Sequence record: PX436236.1
Direction: 5' to 3' (one strand)
Source: a phage
Length of the DNA stretch: 64,000 nt
Position numbers and translations under genes: made by a program. The notes under the pieces are model-generated. The model was not told where the DNA came from, searched no databases, and was given only the letters and a program-made list of their open reading frames with translations. Shown here one piece after another: positions 30,197 through 42,659 of the stretch (position 1 is its first letter; the number at the start of each line of letters is the position of its first letter).

Positions 30197-30970
30197 ATGG
30201 CTACTTTCGATTCGAGTTTATTTGCCAAGCTGGAAAATAATACTGGCTATGCTAACACGAACGAAACTGAAATAATGAATCCGTTCGTCAACTTCTACAA
30301 GCATGAGAATACCCAAACATTGGCTGATGCTTTAGTTGCTGAGTCTATTCAAATGCGTGGTATTGAGCTTTATTATATACCACGTGAATACGTTAATCCA
30401 GACCAGCTATTTGGCGAAGACCTTCAGAACAAATTTACTAAAGCCTGGAAATTTGCAGGTTATTTGGATTCCTTTGAAGGTTATTCCGGTGACAATACTT
30501 ATTTCAGTAAGTTCGGTATGATGGTTAATGACGAAGTAACAATCACAATTAACCCTAACCTTTTTAAACATCAATGCAATGGCACTGAACCTGTTTCAGG
30601 TGATTTGATTTATTTCCCAATGGACAACAGCCTATTCGAAATTAACTGGGTACAACCTTACGACCCATTCTATCAAGTAGGAGCTAACGTCCAGCGGCGC
30701 ATCACCGCTACCAAGTTCATTTACAATGGTGAAGAACTTCGCCCTGAATTACAGAGAAATGAAGGTATTAATATCCCTGAGTTTAGTGAGCTTGATTTAA
30801 TGCCTGTTAAGAATATCGACGGATTGGCTGATATCTCCGACATTCAATATGAAGAGGTCAATGAGATTAATGCTGAAGCGGCGGAATTCGTACATCCTTA
30901 TGTTGTAATTAATGGACGAGGAGAGGATGCTCCTCCTACAGCATTTGATGATGCTTTTTTAGATGATTAA
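30197..30970 (+). CDS. 14: gp14 neck protein
   Basis: 257 aa (T4 256); synteny. Confidence 0.85.
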   Translation: MATFDSSLFAKLENNTGYANTNETEIMNPFVNFYKHENTQTLADALVAESIQMRGIELYYIPREYVNPDQLFGEDLQNKFTKAWKFAGYLDSFEGYSGDNTYFSKFGMMVNDEVTITINPNLFKHQCNGTEPVSGDLIYFPMDNSLFEINWVQPYDPFYQVGANVQRRITATKFIYNGEELRPELQRNEGINIPEFSELDLMPVKNIDGLADISDIQYEEVNEINAEAAEFVHPYVVINGRGEDAPPTAFDDAFLDD

Positions 30971-30977
30971 ATAATAC

Positions 30978-31000
30978 ATGGCGCATGGTGCGCCATTTTA
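30978..31000 (+). terminator. intrinsic terminator after gp14
   Basis: ATGGCGCA/TGCGCCAT hairpin then TTTT. Confidence 0.6.
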
Positions 31001-31009
31001 GGAGGTTTG

Positions 31010-31872
31010 ATGTTTGGACATTGGTATAATAGTTCGCTACGTCGCTATATTGTTTTGATGGGTGATTTATTTTCCCATGTTCAAGTAGCACGTCAAAGAG
31101 AAGATACAGGACTTAAATTTATTAAGGTTCCTATTACGTATGCTTCTAAAGAAAGATTTATGGCAAATTTGGGTAAATGGACGGCAGTACAGAATATTCC
31201 AAATCCTAATATGACAGCTAAAGAACGGGCCGAACAAAAAGCTAAAGTGGAAACAGTTCTTCCGCGTATGAACCTCCAAATGGTTGATATGCTTTACAAC
31301 TCACAATATAAAACAGCCCTTCAAAACAGAACACAAATTCAATTTGAGAATGGCGACCCACGTAAGCGTGTCAGCCAATATTCTCCTACTCCGGTTAAAA
31401 TGATTTTCGAACTGGGTATTTACACTAGAACCCAAGATGATATGTTCCAAATTGTAGAACAGATTATGCCTTATTTCCAACCCCACTTCAATACAACTAT
31501 CACTGAACTCTATACAAACGAAATTAAATTTGACCGTGATATCCGTATTGTGTTCCAATCTATAGCAATGGATGAACAATTAGAAGGTGATACCACTTCT
31601 AGACGTCGCTTAGAGTGGTCTATGATGTTTGAGGTTAATGGTTGGTTATATCCTCCTGTGAAGGAAATGGAAGGCGAAATTAAAACCATTTATCTTGATT
31701 TCTTTGCCAACTCAAAGGAACTCGCTCCTGAAGGTAATTTCGAATCGGTTGATAGCGAAGTGGTTCCTAGAGGTGTAGAAGAAAAAGAATGGGACGGTAA
31801 GTCCATTCAAACATATTCACAAGATATTCCAGTGCCTGTCGAGCCAGCGCCTCCAGCACCAAGGAGAAACCC

Positions 31873-31876
<4 letters not shown>
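31010..31876 (+). CDS. 15: gp15 tail sheath stabiliser / tail completion
   Basis: ATG at 31010 with GGAGG SD (track start 31007 is TTG); 288 aa. Confidence 0.85.
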
Positions 31877-34186
<2,310 letters not shown>

Positions 34187-34215
34187 ACAATAAAGCATAA
34201 CCAAGAGGATTCAAA

Positions 34216-36198
34216 ATGTCTTTATTATCACCGGGCATTGAGCTCAAAGAAACGTCCGTACAGAGTACTGTCGTTCGTAACGCAACGGGTCGTGCAGCGC
34301 TGGTTGGTAAATTCCAGTGGGGCCCTGCTTTCCAGGTAACTCAGATTACTAATGAAGTTGAACTGGTCGACTTATTTGGAGGTCCTAATAACGAAGTTGC
34401 TGATTACTTCATGTCGGGTATGAACTTCCTCCAGTATGGTAACGACCTTCGTACTGTTCGTGTTGTTAACCGTGAATTCGCTAAAAACGCGTCTCCGGTA
34501 GCGGGTAACGTCCAAACCACTATTACTACTGCAGGTTCTAACTATGTGGTAGGCGATAAAATTAATATCAAATATAACCAGACTGTTGTTGAATCTGAAG
34601 GTCGTGTGACTTCTGTAGATACGGATGGTAAAATTCTTTCCGTGTTTATCCCATCAGCAAAAATTATTGCTTATGCACGTTCTTTAAACCAGTATCCGAA
34701 CCTCGGCCCGGCATGGACTGCTGAAGTAACTTCTGCCTCTTCAGGTGTTTCTGGTACTATTACCGTTGGTAAAATCGTAACCGATTCCGGTATTCTTTTG
34801 ACCGAAGCAGAGAACAGTGAAGAAGCTATTACTTCCCTAGAATTCCAAGCATCTCTTAAACAGTTTGGTATGCCTGGCGTGGTCGCTCTTTATCCTGGTG
34901 AAATTGGCAGCACCTTAGAAGTAGAAATTGTTTCTAAAGCAGCTTATGATGTCGGTTCTTCTAAAATGCTGGATATTTATCCCGGCGGTGGTACCCGTGC
35001 TTCTATTGCCAAGGCAGTATTTAACTACGGCCCGCAAACAGATGACCAATACGCAATTATTGTTCGTCGTGATGGCGCTATCGTAGAATCTGTCGTACTT
35101 TCTACCAAAGAAGGTGAAAAAGACGTTTACGGTAATAACATTTATCTTGACGACTATTTCGCTAAAGGTACTTCTAACTATATTTTTGCTACCTCTTTGA
35201 ACTGGCCTAAAGGCTTCAGTGGTATCATTAATCTTATGGGTGGTGTATCTGCTAACGATCAGGTTACTGCGAGTGATTTGATGCAGGGTTGGGATTTGTT
35301 TGCCGACCGTGAAGCACTCCATATTAACCTTTTGATTGCTGGTGCCGTTGCCGGTGAAGGTGATGAAGTTGCTTCTACCGTCCAGAAACACGTTGTTAGT
35401 ATTGCTGATGAACGTCAGGATTGCTTGGCATTTATTTCTCCTCCTAAAGGACTGTTGGTTAACGTTCCATTGACTCGTGCAGTAGATAATCTTATCGACT
35501 GGCGTACCGGTGCAGGTACTTTCGATACCAACAACATGAACATTAGCACCACTTATGCTGCTATTGATGGTAACTATAAATATCAGTATGACAAATATAA
35601 TGACGTAAACCGTTGGGTGCCTCTGGCCGCTGATATGGCTGGTTTGTGTGCACGTACTGATGATGTTTCTCAGCCTTGGATGTCTCCGGCAGGTTATAAC
35701 CGTGGCCAGATTCTTAACGTTCTGAAATTGGCAATTGAACCGCGCCAAGCTCAACGTGACCGCATGTACCAAGAAGCTATTAACCCAGTTGTTGGTTTTG
35801 CTGGTGGCGATGGTTTCGTATTGTTTGGTGATAAGACTGCAACCAAAGTTCCATCTCCGATGGACCACATTAACGTTCGCCGTCTGTTCAACATGCTTAA
35901 GAAAAATATCGGTGATGCCTCTAAATATAAACTGTTTGAATTGAACGACAACTTCACTCGTTCAAGCTTCCGTATGGAAGTTTCTCAGTACTTAGATGGT
36001 ATTAAGGCACTTGGTGGGATTTATGAAGGACGTGTGGTTTGTGATACTACAGTGAACACCCCTGCGGTTATCGACCGTAATGAGTTTATTGCTAATATCT
36101 ACGTTAAACCGGCCCGTTCTATTAACTACATCACGTTGAACTTCGTTGCAACGAGCACTGGTGCTGATTTTGATGAATTGATTGGACCTTTAGTATAA
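34216..36198 (+). CDS. 18: gp18 contractile tail sheath
   Basis: 660 aa (T4 659); late promoter upstream. Confidence 0.95.
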   Translation: MSLLSPGIELKETSVQSTVVRNATGRAALVGKFQWGPAFQVTQITNEVELVDLFGGPNNEVADYFMSGMNFLQYGNDLRTVRVVNREFAKNASPVAGNVQTTITTAGSNYVVGDKINIKYNQTVVESEGRVTSVDTDGKILSVFIPSAKIIAYARSLNQYPNLGPAWTAEVTSASSGVSGTITVGKIVTDSGILLTEAENSEEAITSLEFQASLKQFGMPGVVALYPGEIGSTLEVEIVSKAAYDVGSSKMLDIYPGGGTRASIAKAVFNYGPQTDDQYAIIVRRDGAIVESVVLSTKEGEKDVYGNNIYLDDYFAKGTSNYIFATSLNWPKGFSGIINLMGGVSANDQVTASDLMQGWDLFADREALHINLLIAGAVAGEGDEVASTVQKHVVSIADERQDCLAFISPPKGLLVNVPLTRAVDNLIDWRTGAGTFDTNNMNISTTYAAIDGNYKYQYDKYNDVNRWVPLAADMAGLCARTDDVSQPWMSPAGYNRGQILNVLKLAIEPRQAQRDRMYQEAINPVVGFAGGDGFVLFGDKTATKVPSPMDHINVRRLFNMLKKNIGDASKYKLFELNDNFTRSSFRMEVSQYLDGIKALGGIYEGRVVCDTTVNTPAVIDRNEFIANIYVKPARSINYITLNFVATSTGADFDELIGPLV

Positions 36199-36323
36199 TC
36201 TATTATCCCAGGCTGTAATATAAAGAACCTAAAACCATTATACCATGAGTTTGGTTACAGCGTACATCACGTAGAATTGCGCCTGGGATTGATTATTCTT
36301 TAGGAATATGATTTATCAACTGT

Positions 36324-36331
36324 TATAAATA
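36324..36331 (+). promoter_or_regulatory. late promoter (TATAAATA) for gp19, followed by leader hairpin
   Basis: TATAAATA, then GTTCCTGG/CCAGGAAC hairpin, then SD. Confidence 0.6.
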
Positions 36332-36383
36332 AATTAATCAGAACGTTCCTGGTGTGTCCAGGAACTGACTTAAGAGGCATCCC

Positions 36384-36875
36384 ATGGAGTTGACAGATAT
36401 CACTCGTGCGTTTGAGTCAGGTGACTTTGCACGCCCTAACCTTTTCGAAGTGGAAATTCCATTTCTGGGTAAAAACTTTAGCTTTAAATGTAAAGCAGCA
36501 CCTATGCCGGCAGGCATTGTAGAAAAAGTACCGGTTGGCTACATGAACCGTAAAATTAACGTAGCCGGTGACCGTACGTTTGATGATTGGACCATTACCA
36601 TTTATAACGATGATGCACATGACACCCGTCAAGCAATTGTCGATTGGCAGAATCTCTGTCACGGTATGACCAATGAAATTACCGGTGCAGCACCTGCAGA
36701 ATATAAGAAACAAGCAGTAGTTCGCCAGTTCCATCGTGACGGCAAGACTGTGACCAAAGAAGTTACAATTTACGGCTTATGGCCTACTAACGTTGGTGAA
36801 GTCCAGATGGATTGGGACAGCAACAACGAGGTAGAAACTTTCGAATCTACGTTCGCTATCGATTGGTGGGAATGA
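36384..36875 (+). CDS. 19: gp19 tail tube
   Basis: 163 aa, same as T4 gp19. Confidence 0.9.
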   Translation: MELTDITRAFESGDFARPNLFEVEIPFLGKNFSFKCKAAPMPAGIVEKVPVGYMNRKINVAGDRTFDDWTITIYNDDAHDTRQAIVDWQNLCHGMTNEITGAAPAEYKKQAVVRQFHRDGKTVTKEVTIYGLWPTNVGEVQMDWDSNNEVETFESTFAIDWWE

Positions 36876-36876
36876 G

Positions 36877-36884
36877 TATAAATA
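36877..36884 (+). promoter_or_regulatory. late promoter (TATAAATA) for gp20, followed by TTCG-loop hairpin
   Basis: TATAAATA then AAGGAGC-TTCG-GCTCCTT at 36892-36909. Confidence 0.6.
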
Positions 36885-36932
36885 GAATTATCAAGGAGCT
36901 TCGGCTCCTTATCCCATTCATCGGAGACTCTA

Positions 36933-38507
36933 ATGGCAAACTTTAATACAATATTAAGTTTTCTTAAGCCATGGGCTAATGAAGACGAAAAAGAATATAA
37001 ACAACAAATTAATAACAATTTAGAGTCTGTCACCGCACCTAAGCTTGATGATGGCGCTCGCGAAATTGAGACACAAGAGCAAAATATTCCTTATAATGCT
37101 CTTATGCAACAGATGTTTGGTAGTAATGAGCCTGAAGTTAAAAATACCAGGGAACTTATTGATACCTACCGTAATTTAATGAACAACTATGAAGTCGACA
37201 ACGCCGTACAGGAAATTGTGTCTGACGCTATTGTCTATGAGGATGATAAAGAAGTAGTTGCATTGAATTTAGACGGGACAGAATTTAGTCAAGCAATTAA
37301 AGATAAAATCTTGGCCGAATTCAGTGAAGTTTTAAACCTTTTAAATTTCCAACGTAAAGGTACTGACCATTTCCAACGCTGGTATGTAGACTCAAGAATT
37401 TTCTTTCATAAAATTATAAACCCTAAAAAAATGAAAGATGGCGTACAAGAGCTTCGTCGCTTAGACCCACGCCAAGTCCAATATATTCGTGAAATCGTTA
37501 CACGTATGGAAGATGGCGTTAAAGTTGTAGACGGATATCGCGAGTTTTTCGTTTATGATACAGGCCATGAAAGTTATTGCGCTGATGGACGCATTTATTC
37601 AGCCGGGACTAAAGTTAAAATTCCTCGTGCTGCAGTGGTTTATGCTCATTCTGGATTATTAGATTGTTGTGGTAAAAACATCATTGGCTATTTGCAACGT
37701 GCTATTAAGCCTGCAAACCAGCTTAAATTGATGGAAGACGCAATGGTCATCTACCGTATTACACGTGCTCCTGACCGTCGTGTGTTTTATATCGATACAG
37801 GTAATATGCCTTCACGTAAGGCTGCAGCACAAATGCAACATATCATGAACACGATGAAAAACCGTGTGGTGTATGATGCTTCGACAGGTAAAATTAAAAA
37901 CCAACAACACAATATGTCCATGACTGAAGACTATTGGTTGCAACGTCGTGATGGTAAAGCGGTAACAGAAGTTGATACAATGCCAGGTGCTACTGGTATG
38001 AGTGATATGGATGACGTTCTTTATTTCCGCACAGCACTTTACCGTGCGTTGCGTGTTCCTGAATCACGTATCCCTAGCGAGTCTAATTCTGGTGTTATGT
38101 TTGATGCCGGTACAGCAATCACTCGTGACGAATTAAAATTCTCTAAATGGATTCGTCAACTACAAAACAAATTTGAAGAAATTTTCCTAGACCCGTTAAA
38201 AACAAACCTCATTCTTAAAAAGATTATTACAGAAGATGAGTGGGAAAAGGAAATAAATAATATTAAAGTTACGTTTAACCGTGATAGCTATTTCAGTGAA
38301 ATGAAAGATGCTGAAATCATGGAACGCAGAATCAATATGCTAACGATGGCTGAACCATTTATTGGTAAGTATATTTCACATCAAACGGCTATGAAAGATT
38401 TCCTCCAAATGACCGACGAAGAAATTAATCAAGAAGCTAAGCAAATTGAAGAAGAGTCTAAAGAGGCTCGTTTCCAAAACCCAGATGAAGAAGAAGAGGA
38501 TTTCTAA
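36933..38507 (+). CDS. 20: gp20 portal vertex protein
   Basis: 524 aa, same as T4 gp20; acidic C-terminus ...DEEEEDF. Confidence 0.95.
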   Translation: MANFNTILSFLKPWANEDEKEYKQQINNNLESVTAPKLDDGAREIETQEQNIPYNALMQQMFGSNEPEVKNTRELIDTYRNLMNNYEVDNAVQEIVSDAIVYEDDKEVVALNLDGTEFSQAIKDKILAEFSEVLNLLNFQRKGTDHFQRWYVDSRIFFHKIINPKKMKDGVQELRRLDPRQVQYIREIVTRMEDGVKVVDGYREFFVYDTGHESYCADGRIYSAGTKVKIPRAAVVYAHSGLLDCCGKNIIGYLQRAIKPANQLKLMEDAMVIYRITRAPDRRVFYIDTGNMPSRKAAAQMQHIMNTMKNRVVYDASTGKIKNQQHNMSMTEDYWLQRRDGKAVTEVDTMPGATGMSDMDDVLYFRTALYRALRVPESRIPSESNSGVMFDAGTAITRDELKFSKWIRQLQNKFEEIFLDPLKTNLILKKIITEDEWEKEINNIKVTFNRDSYFSEMKDAEIMERRINMLTMAEPFIGKYISHQTAMKDFLQMTDEEINQEAKQIEEESKEARFQNPDEEEEDF

Positions 38508-38752
38508 TGGAAGATTTAATCGAAGCTATTAAATCAAACGACCTCGTAGCAGTTCGTAAAGCAGCAGCCCCGCTTATCGAATCTCGAGTAACCGCTTTGA
38601 TTGAAGCCCGTAAAGCAGAAATTGCTCGCTCCGTTATGATTGAAGGCGAAGAAGCTGACGAAGATGACGAAGACGACGAAAAATCCGATAAAGCAGATAA
38701 GAAAGACAAAAAAGAATCTGACGATGCGGATGATGACGAGGACGACGAATAA
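38507..38752 (+). CDS. 67: gp67 prohead core protein
   Basis: 81 aa with highly acidic C-terminal tail. Confidence 0.8.
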   Translation: MEDLIEAIKSNDLVAVRKAAAPLIESRVTALIEARKAEIARSVMIEGEEADEDDEDDEKSDKADKKDKKESDDADDDEDDE

Positions 38753-39180
38753 TGTTCCTTATCCCTGATGATTACGAATTAACTCTAGAAAGCGTAGAGG
38801 CCAAAATTCCAGAAGCACAGGGACGTTTTGCTGCTCTTTCTGAAGCGCTCGAGAAAAGCGATATAAATAATCTTGTAGAGAACATGATTGCTGAAGGCGA
38901 TATCGAATGTGCTATCGCTCTTGGTTCTTTAAATGAATCAATGGCTCTTAACGAATTTATCGTTAAACACGTTTCCTCTAAAGGTGAGCTTACTCGTACT
39001 AAAGATATTAAAACCCGTCAACGTAATGCGTTCCAAACGACAGGTTTATCTAAAGCAAAACGCCGTCAGATTGCTCGTAAAGCATCTAAAACCAAACGTG
39101 CTAATCCGTCTACTCAAGTACGTGCCGAACGTAAGCGTAAGAAAGCCCGTTCTAAACGTAAAGCTTTTGGACTTAACTAA
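38752..39180 (+). CDS. 68: gp68 prohead core protein
   Basis: 142 aa; basic C-terminus; synteny. Confidence 0.75.
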   Translation: MFLIPDDYELTLESVEAKIPEAQGRFAALSEALEKSDINNLVENMIAEGDIECAIALGSLNESMALNEFIVKHVSSKGELTRTKDIKTRQRNAFQTTGLSKAKRRQIARKASKTKRANPSTQVRAERKRKKARSKRKAFGLN

Positions 39181-39815
39181 TGAAACCTGAATTGCTCATC
39201 GAACATTGGGGACAACCAGGTGAAATTATCGATGGGGTTCCTATGTTGGAATCTCATGATGGAAAAAATTCTGGGCTTGCTCCCGGCCTTTATATAGAAG
39301 GCATTTTCATGCAAGCAGAGGTAGTTAACCGTAATAAACGGCTTTACCCAAAACCTATTTTGGAAAAAGCCGTTGCCGATTATATGGCAGAACAGGTTGC
39401 TACTAAACAAGCTTTAGGAGAATTAAACCACCCACCTCGTGCTAACGTTGACCCTATGCAAGCTGCTATCATTATTGAAGATATGTGGTGGAAAGGTAAT
39501 GATGTTTATGGACGTGCACGTATCATCGAAGGTGACCATGGCCCTGGTGATAAACTAGCTGCAAATATCCGAGCCGGCTGGGTTCCTGGTGTTAGTTCTC
39601 GCGGTCTTGGTTCTTTAACTGAAACCAATAAAGGATATAAGCGTGTAAACGAAGGTTATAAATTAACCGTCGGTGTTGATGCAGTATGGGGACCATCTGC
39701 TCCTGATGCTTATGTAACTCCGAAGCAAATTACAGAATCACAAACGGTAGAAACCGATACCAGTGCCGATGACGCCTTTATGGCTCTCGCAGAGGCCATG
39801 AAAAAAGCGTTATAA
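39180..39815 (+). CDS. 21: gp21 prohead core protease
   Basis: 211 aa (T4 212); synteny. Confidence 0.9.
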   Translation: MKPELLIEHWGQPGEIIDGVPMLESHDGKNSGLAPGLYIEGIFMQAEVVNRNKRLYPKPILEKAVADYMAEQVATKQALGELNHPPRANVDPMQAAIIIEDMWWKGNDVYGRARIIEGDHGPGDKLAANIRAGWVPGVSSRGLGSLTETNKGYKRVNEGYKLTVGVDAVWGPSAPDAYVTPKQITESQTVETDTSADDAFMALAEAMKKAL

Positions 39816-39818
39816 ATA
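39811..39818 (+). promoter_or_regulatory. late promoter (TATAAATA) for gp22
   Basis: TATAAATA ~28 nt upstream of ATG 39846. Confidence 0.6.
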
Positions 39819-39845
39819 TTATTATCTAAACAACAGGACTACAAA

Positions 39846-40661
39846 ATGCTTAAAGAACAACTGATCGCCGAAGCACAGAATATTGATGCTTCCGTTGCTC
39901 TTGACAGTATTTTCGAATCAGTTAATATTTCTCCGGAAGCAAAAGAAACTTTCGGCACTGTATTCGAAGCTACCGTCAAGCAACACGCCGTGAAACTGGC
40001 TGAATCTCACATCGCTAAAATCGCTGAAAAAGCGGAAGAAGAAGTCGAGAAAAATAAAGAAGAAGCTGAAGAAAAAGCCGATAAGAAAATCCAAGAAGCT
40101 GCCGGTCGTTTCCTTGACCACGTTGCTAAAGAATGGATGGCTGAAAACCAGCTGGCTGTTGATAAAGGTATTAAAGCCGAACTGTTCGAATCCATGTTGA
40201 TGGGTATGAAAGAACTGTTTGTTGAACACAATGTGGTTGTTCCAGAAGAAGCAGTAGATGTTGTTGCTGAAATGGAAGAAGAACTCCAAGAGCAGAAAGA
40301 TGAAACCGCTCGTCTGTTCGAAGAAGTTGGTAAGCGCGACGCGTATATTAATTACGTACAGCGTGAAGTTGCTGTTACGGAAGCAACTAAAGACCTGACT
40401 GAATCCCAAAAAGAAAAAGTTAGTTCTCTGGTAGAAGGCATGGATTATTCCGATGCATTCGGTAGAAAAATTGGCGCTATTGTTGAAATGGTTAAAGGTC
40501 AGTCTGACGTTGAAAACCCAATCACCGAAGCCGCTATAAATAAAAATGTAGACGATGCTGCGGCACTGAATTACATTTCAGAAGCAGTTGAAGAAAAAGG
40601 CGCTAAGCCTACCCTGTCCTTCGCGGACCTGTCTGCAATCGCAGCATCACGAATTTCTTAA
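39846..40661 (+). CDS. 22: gp22 prohead core scaffold
   Basis: 271 aa; acidic helical; late promoter upstream. Confidence 0.85.
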   Translation: MLKEQLIAEAQNIDASVALDSIFESVNISPEAKETFGTVFEATVKQHAVKLAESHIAKIAEKAEEEVEKNKEEAEEKADKKIQEAAGRFLDHVAKEWMAENQLAVDKGIKAELFESMLMGMKELFVEHNVVVPEEAVDVVAEMEEELQEQKDETARLFEEVGKRDAYINYVQREVAVTEATKDLTESQKEKVSSLVEGMDYSDAFGRKIGAIVEMVKGQSDVENPITEAAINKNVDDAAALNYISEAVEEKGAKPTLSFADLSAIAASRIS

Positions 40662-40682
40662 TTTAATAAGGTTATACAACAC

Positions 40683-42242
40683 ATGAAAAAGAATGCATTA
40701 GTTCAAAAATGGTCCGCTCTGCTGGAAAACGAAGCCCTTCCTGAAATCGTGGGTGCTTCTAAACAAGCTATCATCGCTAAAATTTTCGAAAACCAGGAAC
40801 AAGACATCCTGACTGCCCCGGAATACCGTGATGAAAAAATCTCTGAAGCATTTGGTTCTTTCCTGACCGAAGCTGAAATTGGTGGTGACCACGGTTATGA
40901 TGCTACCAATATCGCAGCTGGCCAGACTTCTGGTGCTGTAACTCAGATTGGGCCGGCAGTAATGGGTATGGTTCGTCGTGCTATTCCTCATCTGATTGCT
41001 TTTGATATTTGTGGTGTTCAGCCTCTGAATAACCCTACCGGCCAGGTATTTGCCCTGCGCGCAGTTTATGGTAAAGACCCTGTCGCTGCTGGCGCTAAAG
41101 AAGCTTTCCACCCGATGTATTCTCCGGACTCTATGTTCTCTGGTCAGGGTGCTGCTGAATCTTTCGAAGCACTGGCTGCAAGCAAAGTTCTGGAAGTTGG
41201 TAAAATTTATTCTCACTTCTTCGAAGCTACCGGTGCTGCACACTTCCAGGCTGTTGAAGCCGTAACCGTTGATGCTGCTGCTACCGATGCCGCTAAACTG
41301 GATGCCGCTGTTACCGCTTTGATTGAAGCTGGTAAGTTGGCTGAATTGGCTGAAGGTATGGCTACTTCTATCGCTGAACTTCAGGAAGGCTTTAACGGTT
41401 CTACCGATAACCCGTGGAACGAAATGGGCTTCCGCATCGACAAACAAGTTATCGAAGCTAAATCCCGTCAGCTGAAAGCAAGCTATTCTATCGAACTGGC
41501 ACAGGACCTTCGTGCAGTACACGGTATGGATGCAGATGCTGAACTGTCCGGTATCCTTGCTACCGAAATTATGCTCGAAATCAACCGTGAAGTTATCGAT
41601 TGGATTAACTACTCTGCACAGGTTGGTAAATCTGGTATGACCAACACCGTTGGCGCTAAAGCTGGTGTGTTTGACTTCCAGGACCCGATTGATATCCGTG
41701 GTGCTCGTTGGGCCGGTGAGAGCTTTAAAGCCCTTCTGTTCCAGATTGATAAAGAAGCAGCCGAAATCGCTCGTCAGACCGGTCGTGGTGCTGGTAACTT
41801 CATCATCGCTTCCCGTAACGTAGTTAACGTACTGGCTGCAGTTGATACTTCTGTAAGTTATGCAGCTCAAGGTCTGGGTCAAGGTTTCAACGTTGACACA
41901 ACCAAAGCAGTATTTGCCGGTGTTCTTGGTGGTAAATATCGCGTTTACATCGACCAGTATGCACGTTCCGATTACTTCACCATCGGTTATAAAGGCGCTA
42001 ACGAAATGGACGCAGGTATCTACTATGCTCCGTACGTTGCACTGACCCCGCTGCGTGGTTCCGATCCGAAGAACTTCCAACCGGTAATGGGCTTCAAAAC
42101 TCGTTACGGTATCGGTATCAACCCGTTCGCTGACCCTGCTGCTCAGGCTCCTACCAAACGTATCCAGAATGGTATGCCTGACATCGTTAACAGCCTTGGT
42201 CTGAATGGTTACTTCCGTCGCGTATATGTTAAAGGTATCTAA
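40683..42242 (+). CDS. 23: gp23 major capsid protein
   Basis: 519 aa (T4 521); biased codon use (stop-free antisense frame). Confidence 0.95.
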   Translation: MKKNALVQKWSALLENEALPEIVGASKQAIIAKIFENQEQDILTAPEYRDEKISEAFGSFLTEAEIGGDHGYDATNIAAGQTSGAVTQIGPAVMGMVRRAIPHLIAFDICGVQPLNNPTGQVFALRAVYGKDPVAAGAKEAFHPMYSPDSMFSGQGAAESFEALAASKVLEVGKIYSHFFEATGAAHFQAVEAVTVDAAATDAAKLDAAVTALIEAGKLAELAEGMATSIAELQEGFNGSTDNPWNEMGFRIDKQVIEAKSRQLKASYSIELAQDLRAVHGMDADAELSGILATEIMLEINREVIDWINYSAQVGKSGMTNTVGAKAGVFDFQDPIDIRGARWAGESFKALLFQIDKEAAEIARQTGRGAGNFIIASRNVVNVLAAVDTSVSYAAQGLGQGFNVDTTKAVFAGVLGGKYRVYIDQYARSDYFTIGYKGANEMDAGIYYAPYVALTPLRGSDPKNFQPVMGFKTRYGIGINPFADPAAQAPTKRIQNGMPDIVNSLGLNGYFRRVYVKGI

Positions 42243-42258
42243 GATATAACCTTATTAT

Positions 42259-42276
42259 GGGAGACTTCGGTCTCCC
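42259..42276. terminator. bidirectional terminator hairpin between gp23 and convergent ORF
   Basis: GGGAGAC-TTCG-GTCTCCC; same stem in opposite orientation at 3776-3793. Confidence 0.55.
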
Positions 42277-42291
42277 ATTCTTGTTTCTGTA

Positions 42292-42573
42292 TTATGCAAT
42301 CTTAACTCGGCGGTTGATGATATCACGGAAGTCAATACGATTTTCTTGGATTTTCAGCCAGTTACCAGATTTGTCTTTGGTATGGGTAGAGTATTCACCG
42401 TTCCACCAGAAGTCGGTAGCATAAGCCATGGCTTCGTATTTCTTAACTAAGGCATTCACTGCATTACCATTAGGATTGTTACCGAATTTTTCTACCAGAG
42501 CTTTGATGTCTTTATCAAGAGCGGAAAGAGTAGTACGAATAAAGTTTAACTTGTTCATTTTTAATCTCCTCAT
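42292..42573 (-). CDS. hypothetical small protein (93 aa) at the position of T4 segD
   Basis: ATG start; own GTTTAC/TACTAT early-type promoter; convergent with gp23. Confidence 0.5.
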   Translation of the reverse strand: MRRLKMNKLNFIRTTLSALDKDIKALVEKFGNNPNGNAVNALVKKYEAMAYATDFWWNGEYSTHTKDKSGNWLKIQENRIDFRDIINRRVKIA

Positions 42574-42587
42574 GTTTTGATAGGTCT

Positions 42588-42617
42588 ATAGTAACATGTG
42601 AGAATCTTGCTGTAAAC
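42588..42617 (-). promoter_or_regulatory. early promoter cassette (GTTTAC-N18-TACTAT) inside late capsid gene cluster
   Basis: Same gataggtctatagta core; upstream of minus-strand ORF 42292-42573. Confidence 0.55.
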
Positions 42618-42623
42618 AACTTT

Positions 42624-42631
42624 TATAAATA
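42624..42631 (+). promoter_or_regulatory. late promoter (TATAAATA) for gp24
   Basis: TATAAATA ~29 nt upstream of ATG 42660. Confidence 0.65.
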
Positions 42632-42659
42632 AACATATACCCTCAATAAGGAAAGCGCA

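Noticed and set aside
34915-35868. 317-aa minus-strand ORF antisense to gp18
   Set aside because: Fully contained in the tail sheath gene; low-complexity translation; no SD or promoter.
40698-42080. 460-aa minus-strand ORF antisense to gp23
   Set aside because: Lies entirely inside the major capsid gene on the opposite strand; no start signals; stop-free antisense frames are expected from the biased codon usage of highly expressed genes.
42243-42659. Homing endonuclease (segD-like) between gp23 and gp24
   Set aside because: The only ORF there is 93 aa without GIY-YIG or HNH motifs; no seg-like gene was recognised in the window.
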